DNA of 64,000 nucleotides from positions 248,212 to 312,211 of the forward strand of contig JAVZHX010000001.1 in NCBI GenBank assembly GCA_038871515.1, in the 5' to 3' direction. Below are positions 56,466-64,000 of the stretch, one piece after another. Within the stretch, counting starts at the first letter, position 1. The number at the start of each line of letters is the position of its first letter. The notes beneath the pieces are model-generated. The model had not been told where the DNA came from. It did not search any database and saw only the letters and a list, made by a program, of their open reading frames with translations. Made by a program: the position numbers and the translations under genes. Source of the DNA: Candidatus Micrarchaeia archaeon (lineage in GTDB: Archaea; Micrarchaeota; Micrarchaeia; Burarchaeales; Fermentimicrarchaeaceae).

Positions 56466-57428
56466 GTGATTAGGATGGAGCTTGCATTCTGCAGCAAATA
56501 CCCATTCACTAAGGAGGCGAAGGAGTTGGTTAGCTCCGCAAAGGTGAGCGATGAGTTCAGGCTTGTTGAGATGGGAAAAGAGAGAGTTGCGCGAGCAATA
56601 AAGGACGGGGTTATACCAACAGTGAATTTTGAGCTTGATGAATCACAGATTCTTCTTCAGGTTACTTCATATGCGATAAGCAGAATGATTGTTTCCATAC
56701 TTGGAAGCAGGTATTACATAAACAGATACTCGGTTGCAGAGGCGAAGAGAGCAGGAAGGTATTTGGAGGGGGACACTGATGAGAATGTGCTGAGGGTGGC
56801 ACGCGAGCTTGGAATTGAGTGCGAGATTGATGGCGACTACTCGGTGGGGTTTGAGAAGTATCTAAAATATGCGCCAAAATCTGTTGATTACAAGCTTGTC
56901 AACAGAAAGTTGAAGGGAGGGGTGGTGAAGCTGAAGAGAAGCGAGTTCATCAGGTTGATTGAAGAGGCGGTGAAGATGAAAATTGAGTCGGAGCTGCCCC
57001 TCAGAGTTGAGAATGTGCCAGCGAATATAAGGAAAGCAGCTGAATCTGTTAGGGCAAGCATCCCAAAGGAGCCAGTTCCGGCAAAAATCGCTCAAAAAGG
57101 CGATTTTCCACCATGCATAAAAAAACTGCTGGATGATTTGAAAACTGTTGAGAATTTGGGGCATACTGCGAGGTGGGCTTTGGCAGTCTATCTTCTCAAC
57201 AGCGGGATGAGTGTTGATGAGGTGGTGAGAATTTTCTCAACGTCTCCTGATTTTGATGAGAGAGTCACGCGGTATCAGGTTGAGCATGCGCAGAAAAGAG
57301 GTTATAAAATGCCAAGCTGCGCAAGCATGGATTCAAATGGGTTGTGCGTTGCAAACTGCGGGGTGAAAAACCCACTTAGCTATAGGAGGGGAGTTGTTGG
57401 AGTTACAGCTGAGGGTGAAAAACCCTGA
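56466..57428 (+). CDS. priL: DNA primase large subunit PriL (Fe-S domain)
   Basis: C-terminal Cys cluster PPCIKKL...MPSCASMDSNGLCVANCG. Confidence 0.8.
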   Translation: MIRMELAFCSKYPFTKEAKELVSSAKVSDEFRLVEMGKERVARAIKDGVIPTVNFELDESQILLQVTSYAISRMIVSILGSRYYINRYSVAEAKRAGRYLEGDTDENVLRVARELGIECEIDGDYSVGFEKYLKYAPKSVDYKLVNRKLKGGVVKLKRSEFIRLIEEAVKMKIESELPLRVENVPANIRKAAESVRASIPKEPVPAKIAQKGDFPPCIKKLLDDLKTVENLGHTARWALAVYLLNSGMSVDEVVRIFSTSPDFDERVTRYQVEHAQKRGYKMPSCASMDSNGLCVANCGVKNPLSYRRGVVGVTAEGEKP

Positions 57429-58563
57429 AGAGGATTATGCAAGAAGTAAATTCAGGCAGTATTACGAGAGGAATGAGATTAAACCTCCAGAGCAGATTGA
57501 GAAAAGGGAGTGGGGTTTTGGTGGGTGGGAGAAGAAAATAGAGGTGAGGCACCTTCAGATAGCCAGTAAGGATGAGCTTAAGAGCAGGCTTGTGAGGGAT
57601 GCTCCTCTCTTTGTCTCGTATTCAACTGCGTATTACGAGTTTCCTGACATGCGCCCAATGGAAAAGAAGAATTGGCAAGGTGCGGATTTGGTTTTTGATT
57701 TGGATTCGGATCATTTGGAAGTGCCGTGCAAGAAAACTCACGGAAGCAAGTGGGTATGCGATAGCTGTCTTGAAAAGGTAAAGGAGGAAACGGTTAGGTT
57801 GATTGAGCAGTTTTTAATTCCTGACTTTGGCTTCTCAAAGAAGGAAATTGAGGTGAACTTCTCTGGGAATAGGGGGTATCATGTGCACGTGAAAAAGGAA
57901 TCCGTCAGGGAGCTTGGGGGGTATGCGAGAAGGGAGATTGTGGATTATTTGAGTGGCACGGGAGTGGATTTTGAAGCAGTTGGCTTCACTTACGAAATGG
58001 TATCTGAGAGAAGGGAGAGAAAACTTGTTGGGCCAAAACCAAGCGATGCTGGTTGGGCAGGGAGAATTGCAAGGTTTGTTAGGGAGGCTGCTGTGGAGGG
58101 AAAGCTTGGGGAGGTTGGGGTGGAGGAGAGGGATGCGAGAAAAATTTACAAAAGAGTTGGGGAGTTCGCGCGTTTAATTGAGCAGGGGAATTGGGATGCG
58201 GTGAAAATTCAGAATAAGGATAAGTTTTGGAGAGGAGTTGTTGGAAGGTTGGGGGTGAAGCTGGGTGATAGAATAGATCAGAACGTTACTGCGGATGCGA
58301 CAAAGCTGATACGCCTTCCAGACAGCCTGCACGGGGAAAGTGGGCTTGTTGCGAGGAGAGTTGGAAGTATTGATTCCTTCGATCCTTTGAAGGATGCAGT
58401 TGTTTTCGGTGAGCAACCAGTAAGGATTAAAATTAGGAATGCACCTGAATTTAGGTTGGGTGAACAAACCTTCGGCCCATTCAGGAATGAGGAGAGGGAG
58501 CTGCCGGAGAGAGCAGCTTTATTCCTGATTTGCAAGAAGGAGGCAGTTTTATGGAAGAGCTGA
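57394..58563 (+). CDS. priS: DNA primase small catalytic subunit PriS (AEP)
   Basis: LVFDLDSDH (DxD) and FSGNRGYHVHV motifs. Confidence 0.85.
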   Translation: MLELQLRVKNPEEDYARSKFRQYYERNEIKPPEQIEKREWGFGGWEKKIEVRHLQIASKDELKSRLVRDAPLFVSYSTAYYEFPDMRPMEKKNWQGADLVFDLDSDHLEVPCKKTHGSKWVCDSCLEKVKEETVRLIEQFLIPDFGFSKKEIEVNFSGNRGYHVHVKKESVRELGGYARREIVDYLSGTGVDFEAVGFTYEMVSERRERKLVGPKPSDAGWAGRIARFVREAAVEGKLGEVGVEERDARKIYKRVGEFARLIEQGNWDAVKIQNKDKFWRGVVGRLGVKLGDRIDQNVTADATKLIRLPDSLHGESGLVARRVGSIDSFDPLKDAVVFGEQPVRIKIRNAPEFRLGEQTFGPFRNEERELPERAALFLICKKEAVLWKS

Positions 58564-59093
58564 CGTATGAGGAATTGAGAAGAATTCAGGCTAGGGAGAG
58601 GGCGAGCCCAGTTCTTCAGAGCTTGCCTCAGGGTTTTTACAAAGCTGTGGGGAAGTTGATTGAAAAAAAGAACAGCTCCCTTAAAAGTAACTTCAGTTTA
58701 ACAGAAGCAAAGGAATATGAAAATATACTAAAAGTTATTGAGGATATTTATGAGAGGAGGAAGCAGAAGATAGTGATGAAAGCGATGAGGAGCGGGGAGG
58801 AGGGCGCTTTGGCTGAGGAGGAGAAGGAGTTCTTCAGCAAGATTCGCAAGGTGATTGAGGAGGAAGCTGAGAGTTTTAAAAAGAATATTGGAGTTGTTGA
58901 GGGGGAGAGGGAAAGTATTAAAAGAATTAAAATTTTAAAACACCTTCCCAAGTTCGTTGGAAGCGATTTGAAGGTTTATGGTCCTTTTGAGGAGGGGGCA
59001 AGCGTTGAGCTGCCTGAGAGAGAGGCGCAGCTTCTTGTGAGGAGAGGAGTTGCGGAGTATACAGGAGGTGTCAAGGATGAAGTTCCCAAATGA
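58530..59093 (+). CDS. GINS subunit Gins51-like
   Basis: About 180 aa helical protein immediately after priS, the conserved position of archaeal gins51. Confidence 0.55.
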   Translation: MQEGGSFMEELTYEELRRIQARERASPVLQSLPQGFYKAVGKLIEKKNSSLKSNFSLTEAKEYENILKVIEDIYERRKQKIVMKAMRSGEEGALAEEEKEFFSKIRKVIEEEAESFKKNIGVVEGERESIKRIKILKHLPKFVGSDLKVYGPFEEGASVELPEREAQLLVRRGVAEYTGGVKDEVPK

Positions 59094-59358
59094 AATAAAC
59101 ACATACTGCCCAAAGTGCAGAAAGAAAACGAAGCATAAGGTAAAAGTTGCTTCAAAAGGAAGAGCAAGGAGCATGGCTTGGGGTAACAGACAGCACGAGA
59201 GAAAGATAAAGGGGTATGTTGGAAAGGTTGCTGGTGAGAAGCCAGTTAGAAAGCAGGGGAAGAAGCAGAAATTAATTTTGGAGTGCACTGTCTGCAAGAA
59301 GAAGCAGGAGAGAATTGTTGGGAAGAGGACAAAGAAGAAAATTGAAGTTAAGGCTTGA
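59077..59358 (+). CDS. rpl44e: Ribosomal protein L44e
   Basis: MKFPNEINTYCPKCRKKTKHKV...C..CKKK zinc ribbon; AGGAGGTG Shine-Dalgarno 6 nt upstream. Confidence 0.85.
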   Translation: MKFPNEINTYCPKCRKKTKHKVKVASKGRARSMAWGNRQHERKIKGYVGKVAGEKPVRKQGKKQKLILECTVCKKKQERIVGKRTKKKIEVKA

Positions 59359-59367
59359 GGTGTTTCC

Positions 59368-59529
59368 ATGAGCAAATTTTTAAGGGTGAAGTGCGAGTGC
59401 GGAAATGAGCAGAATATTTTTGGGAATGCAAGCAGCGTTATTAAATGCCTTGTGTGCAACAGAACGCTGGCTGAGCCAACTGGCTCAAGGGTGAAGGTGC
59501 ACGGAAAAGTTGTGAAAGTGATGGGTTGA
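59368..59529 (+). CDS. rps27e: Ribosomal protein S27e
   Basis: 53 aa, FLRVKCECGNEQNIFGNASSVIKCLVCNR C4 ribbon; not in ORF track. Confidence 0.8.
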   Translation: MSKFLRVKCECGNEQNIFGNASSVIKCLVCNRTLAEPTGSRVKVHGKVVKVMG

Positions 59530-59533
59530 GCGC

Positions 59534-60313
59534 ATGAGTTTGAAAGGAGAGCCAGAGCTGGATGAGTTCGTGATTGCTACTGTTAAGAAGATTTTTCCGT
59601 ACGGTGCTTTCTGCACCCTTGATGAGTATGATGGAAGGGAAGCATTCCTTCATGTTTCTGAGGTTGCTCCGCGTTGGATAAAGAACATACACGAGTTTCT
59701 GAAGGAGGATCAGAAAATTGTTGCAAGAATTTTGAGAATTGTCCCTGAAAAGAATCAGATTGACCTTTCCCTGAAAAGAGTCAGCGAGGCGGATAGGAGG
59801 AGGAAGATTGAGGATTATAGGAGGGAGAAGAGAGCAGTGAAGCTGTTTGAGATTGTGGAGTCAAGAATTGGCAAACCGCATGAGGAAGTTTGGAAGGGGA
59901 TGGGGGAGGAGCTTGTTGAAAAATTTGGAAACCTTTACTCCGCGTTTGAAGAAATTGTGCGCGATAAAAGATGTGTTGATTCATTGAAAGCACCGGAGGA
60001 ATGGAAGAGGGTGCTTGTTGAAGTTGTTTGCGATAGTATAAAAATACCACAAGTTAAAGTGAGTGGAACTCTTAATCTTACGTGCAGGGAGCCTGATGGA
60101 GTTGAAGTTATTAAGAAAGCATTATCGGAAGCAAAAGAAAGTGGAGGAAAGAATGCTGAGATAATCTACCTTGGCGCTCCGAGGTATAAGCTAAGCGTTA
60201 CTGCGCTGGATTACAAGAAAGCTGAGAAAGTTATTGATGAGATGGTTGAGAAAGTTAAGGAGTGCATGAAAGGAAAAGAAGGAGCTGTTAAGTTCGAGAG
60301 GGATGAAGTGTAA
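59534..60313 (+). CDS. Translation initiation factor aIF-2 alpha subunit
   Basis: N-terminal S1 domain (GEPELDEFVIATVKKI...AFLHVSEVA) and alpha-helical/C-terminal domains. Confidence 0.9.
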   Translation: MSLKGEPELDEFVIATVKKIFPYGAFCTLDEYDGREAFLHVSEVAPRWIKNIHEFLKEDQKIVARILRIVPEKNQIDLSLKRVSEADRRRKIEDYRREKRAVKLFEIVESRIGKPHEEVWKGMGEELVEKFGNLYSAFEEIVRDKRCVDSLKAPEEWKRVLVEVVCDSIKIPQVKVSGTLNLTCREPDGVEVIKKALSEAKESGGKNAEIIYLGAPRYKLSVTALDYKKAEKVIDEMVEKVKECMKGKEGAVKFERDEV

Positions 60314-60475
60314 ATGGAAAAGCTGAAAAAATGTGAGAGGTGTGGCTTGTACACAATGAAGGAGCAATGCCCGAAGTGTGGTGAGAGAACTAGAAGCGCA
60401 CATCCACCAAAGTTTTCCCCAGAGGATAAATACGGGAAATACAGGAGGATGGCGAGGTTTGGTGGTGTTGTATGA
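60314..60475 (+). CDS. nop10: H/ACA RNP protein Nop10
   Basis: 53 aa, KCERCGLYTMKEQCPKCGE...; classical position after aIF2alpha. Confidence 0.8.
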   Translation: MEKLKKCERCGLYTMKEQCPKCGERTRSAHPPKFSPEDKYGKYRRMARFGGVV

Positions 60476-61245
60476 AAGGGACTTTTATAATTTCAAAAAA
60501 AGGAGTTAAGCTGAAAAACCCAATTCTGATAGAGGGGCTGCCAGGCATTGGCTTGGTTGGAAAGCTTGCAACTGAGCATTTGATAAAGGAGCTGAAAGCA
60601 GAGAAGGTTGCTGAGCTGTATTCGGAGCACTTCCCGCATCAGGTGCTTATGCTGAAGAAAGGGACGTTGAGGATGCTGAAGAATAAATTCTATGCTTGGA
60701 AAAACCCAAAGAGGAATGAGAATGACCTTCTTCTGCTTGTCGGAGACGTGCAGGCGGTAACACCTGAAGCCCAGTTCAGAGTTTGCAATGCAATACTGGA
60801 TTATTTTGAGAAGATGAAGGGAAAAACAATATACACTTTAGGCGGTTATGGAGTTGGAAAGATTGTTGAAACGCCAAGAGTTTTTGGCTCAGCAACTCAT
60901 CCAGAAGTTGTTGAGGAGCTTAAAAAATATGGGGTTGTTTTTGGGGAAGCAAACGGCTCAATTATTGGAGCTGCTGGGCTTCTGCTTGGTTTGGGGAAAA
61001 TAAGAAGAATGAGGGGAGCATGCCTTATGGGGGAAACCCACGGCGGTTATGTTGATGCAAAATCAGCAAAAAGCGTTTTGAGCGTGCTCACAAAAATAAT
61101 TGGTGTGCAGGTTGATTTGAACAAGCTTGAGGAGAGGGCTAAGGAAACTGAAAAGTTTATGAAGAGGATGGAGGCAGAAATTGAAAAGCAGAAAAGCGGC
61201 AGGGAGGGAGTGCTGAAAGGGGATGAGCTGAGTTACATAAGATGA
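60472..61245 (+). CDS. PAC2-family protein (proteasome assembly chaperone-like)
   Basis: N-terminal ILIEGLPGIGLVGKLA motif. Confidence 0.6.
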   Translation: MKGTFIISKKGVKLKNPILIEGLPGIGLVGKLATEHLIKELKAEKVAELYSEHFPHQVLMLKKGTLRMLKNKFYAWKNPKRNENDLLLLVGDVQAVTPEAQFRVCNAILDYFEKMKGKTIYTLGGYGVGKIVETPRVFGSATHPEVVEELKKYGVVFGEANGSIIGAAGLLLGLGKIRRMRGACLMGETHGGYVDAKSAKSVLSVLTKIIGVQVDLNKLEERAKETEKFMKRMEAEIEKQKSGREGVLKGDELSYIR

Positions 61246-61246
61246 A

Positions 61247-61379
61247 GCGGCCGTCATCTAGAGGCACCCAGCGTGCGCTGGTGCTGGATAACCTGGTGGG
61301 CTTGAGGAATGCTCAAGCTCGGGCAGTAGGATCTGAGCTTCCCAAGCTCAATGCCCGGGTTCAAATCCCGGCGGCCGCA
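61247..61379 (+). tRNA. tRNA-Gly(CCC) with an about 60-nt intron in the D-loop
   Basis: Acceptor GCGGCCG/CGGCCGC, D-stem ATCT/GGAT enclosing 69 nt, anticodon arm TGAGC TTCCCAA GCTCA, T-arm CCGGG TTCAAAT CCCGG; closely parallels the adjacent tRNA-Gly(TCC). Confidence 0.65.
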
Positions 61380-61382
61380 TAT

Positions 61383-61455
61383 GCGACCGTAGTCTAGCCT
61401 GGTAGGACTTTGGCCTTCCAAGCCAACGACCCGGGTTCAAATCCCGGCGGTCGCA
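61383..61455 (+). tRNA. tRNA-Gly(TCC)
   Basis: GCGACCG-TA-GTCT AGCCTGGTA GGAC-T-TTGGC CTTCCAA GCCAA-CGAC-CCGGG TTCAAAT CCCGG-CGGTCGC-A. Confidence 0.9.
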
Positions 61456-61456
61456 C

Positions 61457-62638
61457 TCATTTTAATAAAAAGTAACCAACAGAAAAACAATCGCCAAGCC
61501 CAACTGTTATTTTCGGTTGAGGGATGAGCAGGGCGGGCGCAAAGGATGCATCGTTTTTGAATTTTGTTTTTTTGAATTCCTGATATTTTTTAACTCCCTT
61601 CCTATTCACCTTTGCTTCTTTTAAAAACCTCTCAAGCTCTGCAAATGAAGCATTCCTCCCTGTTGCCGCTTTGTATGCCGCAAGAAGAGAGCCGAAAAGC
61701 AAACCTTCCTGGCTGGGTTTGCCAACGTCAAATGAAAATGAAGGGGAATGGAATACAATGCTGTTGAATCTTTCGCACAATTCATCGCACGCTTCCAATA
61801 AGTTTCTATTTATCCGAAGCGCTTGCTTCAGCTGTTTCAACTCATACTCATCAAACCCAACGCTGCTGGAAAGAGGGAGGATGTTTGATGCAACCTCGCG
61901 GAGTATTTTCGAACTTTGGAAGTTTCCAAGCTCAACATGAATTTTTATTTTTCTGTTAATCCTCCTCCACTCCTCAAGCTGATTTGCCACTTCCTCTATT
62001 CTATGTTTAAATCTATCCTTCAAAGTCAAATTGTGAAAACCAGATATGAAAACGTGGTTGAGTTTTTTGATTATCTCTTTGCTGCACCTTGCAAATTCCT
62101 CATCAATTTTCATAACTGAGTTGCGAGGGTTCCATGAAAGGATGAGGCGGTTGGAAGATGGTGCAACAAATCTGCCAAGCCTATAACCTTTTTTGAATTC
62201 AAGCACAAGGTGAATTGGCACCTCACAGCTCACGGAAACTCTGTCAGCTGTTTTGAAACAATTCCTTGCAACAAAAATATTTTCTGGTTTTTCAAATAAT
62301 TTCATCTGCTTTCTGTCTTTTAATAAAACATGCACATAGGAGCGCACGCCGAGCATTGAGGCAGCATTCGCCATATTGCCCGCCTGCCCACCCATCCTCT
62401 CCTCATCAAAACCAAGCTTCTTAATAAGAGTTTTAATGGTTTTTTTGCTTGTTTGAATTTCCCTCTGCTTCCCTTCTTTAACACACGTGAGGAGAACACG
62501 TGATATTTGCTTTGGTGGTGTTTCATTTGTCAGGTGCTTTACAACATCCACATTAACATTATACGCAAACATTGCGTTTTTTGCAATTCCCTTTCTTGCA
62601 TGCTCAAGCGCACGCGCGTATAAGTCAACCCATTCCAT
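61457..62638 (-). CDS. ADP-dependent sugar kinase (ADP-PFK/ADP-GK family)
   Basis: GGQAGNMAN (GGNA-type) and C-terminal GLGDCFSVG (GxGD catalytic Asp) motifs. Confidence 0.7.
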   Translation of the reverse strand: MEWVDLYARALEHARKGIAKNAMFAYNVNVDVVKHLTNETPPKQISRVLLTCVKEGKQREIQTSKKTIKTLIKKLGFDEERMGGQAGNMANAASMLGVRSYVHVLLKDRKQMKLFEKPENIFVARNCFKTADRVSVSCEVPIHLVLEFKKGYRLGRFVAPSSNRLILSWNPRNSVMKIDEEFARCSKEIIKKLNHVFISGFHNLTLKDRFKHRIEEVANQLEEWRRINRKIKIHVELGNFQSSKILREVASNILPLSSSVGFDEYELKQLKQALRINRNLLEACDELCERFNSIVFHSPSFSFDVGKPSQEGLLFGSLLAAYKAATGRNASFAELERFLKEAKVNRKGVKKYQEFKKTKFKNDASFAPALLIPQPKITVGLGDCFSVGYFLLK

Positions 62639-62659
62639 AATCAGTATGAGAAAGAGGAG

Positions 62660-63541
62660 TTATTTAAATTGATTGAATATGTGGCTTAGGAATTTGTAAA
62701 TTAACTTTGCTGCAAGAAAATCGGAATGCGTTTCTCCAGGTATGGGGCAGAGCTCAACAACATCAAACCCAACAACGTTTCTTTTTGAGGCAACCTGCTT
62801 GAGAAGTGATAGCACTTCATACCAGTGAAGCCCACCTGGCTCCGGAGTTCCAACAGCCGGCACCTCGGACGGATCAAACACATCTAAATCAATTGTTACA
62901 TAGACATTCTTTTTCAGCTGAGGAATTATTTTTTCTTGTTTGAAATCCCTTGCATAGAAGATTTGAAGTTTTTTTCTCCTTGCAAACTCGGCTTCCCCCT
63001 TGCTTATGCTTCGTATTCCAACCTGAACAGTATGAGTTATTTCGGAAATTCTTCTCATAACTGAGGTGTGCCCGAATTTTGTTCCCTCAAACTCATCCCT
63101 CAAATCAGCATGAGCATCAAGCTGCAATACAGTTAATTCGCGGTGAATTTTTGAGAATGCTTTCACAACTCCAACTGAAATAGAGTGCTCCCCACCAAGA
63201 ACGACTGGAAATTTTTTGTTTTCCAATATCTCCTGAACTGCTCTTTCAACTCTGTTCATTGTTTCTTGAGGTGAATTTCTTGACGGCTCAAGCTCATCAA
63301 GAGTATGTATTCCAATTGTTGCTGGTTCCCATCCCATCTCCTCATCATACAGCTCCATCTGCCTGGAAGCAGTGATGATTGCATGCGGTCCATTTCTCGT
63401 TCCAGCGGTGTAGCAAACTGTTGAGTCGTATGGAACAGGAAGCACAACAACTTTTGCTTTATTAAAATCAGCATGCTCAGGCTCCAAACCAGCGAAGTTA
63501 TATGGAGGTAGCGAGTGAAGCAATCTCATAGAATCACTCAA
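62660..63541 (-). CDS. speB: Agmatinase/ureohydrolase (arginase family)
   Basis: GGEHSISVG, DAHADL, TIDLDVFDPS metal-binding motifs. Confidence 0.85.
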   Translation of the reverse strand: MSDSMRLLHSLPPYNFAGLEPEHADFNKAKVVVLPVPYDSTVCYTAGTRNGPHAIITASRQMELYDEEMGWEPATIGIHTLDELEPSRNSPQETMNRVERAVQEILENKKFPVVLGGEHSISVGVVKAFSKIHRELTVLQLDAHADLRDEFEGTKFGHTSVMRRISEITHTVQVGIRSISKGEAEFARRKKLQIFYARDFKQEKIIPQLKKNVYVTIDLDVFDPSEVPAVGTPEPGGLHWYEVLSLLKQVASKRNVVGFDVVELCPIPGETHSDFLAAKLIYKFLSHIFNQFK

Positions 63542-64000
63542 ACTTCAATTTAAATTCACCAGGCTCCCACCTGAAAACCGGCTTCTTCCTTCTCTCAGCA
63601 ATCCTCTCTGCTCTCTGCATAAGCGCATGCGCAACGATGGGAAGGGCAATTGTTGCATCGCAGTAGCACGTCACCATTTTAGCATTCGCATCGTATTTTC
63701 CCCAGCTCTGAGACTCCTCAAGAGTGCAACCGCTCAAACCACCCCACTGCGGCGAATCCATCGTTATCTGCAATCCATAGTTATGGCTTCTGTTGTGCTT
63801 CGTCTGGTATGTTGCAATAACAGCAGCTTGCTGTATGTAGTTTTTGGGAACTCCTCCACCAATGTAGATGCCTGCTGTCACTTTTGCTTTTTCACATATT
63901 TTTGAAATTTCATCAACATCCTTTAGACAATCAATAATCACCCTCTTCTGAACTCTCCCTTTCTTAATTTGAGTGGCAGTGGGCTTTCTGTTGGCGAACA
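63534..64000 (-). CDS. dys: Deoxyhypusine synthase, C-terminal part (gene continues beyond the window end)
   Basis: IGGGVPKNYIQQ region and Trp/Glu-rich C-terminus typical of DHS; overlaps the agmatinase start by 8 nt. Confidence 0.75.
   Translation of the reverse strand, partial: FANRKPTATQIKKGRVQKRVIIDCLKDVDEISKICEKAKVTAGIYIGGGVPKNYIQQAAVIATYQTKHNRSHNYGLQITMDSPQWGGLSGCTLEESQSWGKYDANAKMVTCYCDATIALPIVAHALMQRAERIAERRKKPVFRWEPGEFKLKFE

Overview
Archaeal chromosomal segment with AT-rich, Lys/Glu-rich coding DNA and GC-rich rRNA exons. It is probably a thermophilic, uncultivated archaeon with euryarchaeote-like gene order: tRNA-Ala sits in the 16S-23S spacer, and LonB, GatDE, an ADP-dependent kinase and Mbh/Ech-type hydrogenase subunits are present. 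The window opens inside an energy-converting [NiFe]-hydrogenase-like membrane module (NuoB/H/I-like). It then crosses an rRNA operon (16S - tRNA-Ala - 23S) on the minus strand, about 2.8-12.65 kb. This operon is unusually intron-dense. The 16S gene carries three ORF-bearing introns and seven ORF-less mini-introns, all in its 3-prime half. The 23S gene carries three ORF-bearing introns plus at least two mini-introns. Micro-exons of only 11 and 16 nt are left between adjacent introns. Four intron ORFs are LAGLIDADG homing endonucleases. Two are paralogous non-LAGLIDADG proteins with an HTH plus a putative PD-(D/E)xK/DUF559-like nuclease domain. The rest of the window is mostly housekeeping: purA, elp3, gatDE, a rad50 / herA-nurA region lacking mre11, pth2, ilvE, nth, lonB. 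There is a conserved information-processing supercluster: csl4-rpoL-DUF99-SPase-PCNA-priL-priS-gins-L44e-S27e-aIF2alpha-nop10-PAC2. Several tRNAs are present, including a tRNA-Gly(CCC) with a roughly 60-nt D-loop intron and a tRNA-Ala with a T-loop insertion. Accessory-looking loci include a 1.65-kb putative integrated mini-element carrying an archaeal ATPase gene, a triple tandem array of an uncharacterised methyltransferase-like family next to a YprA/MrfA-like DUF1998 helicase, and a LigD-PolDom-like primase-polymerase gene.
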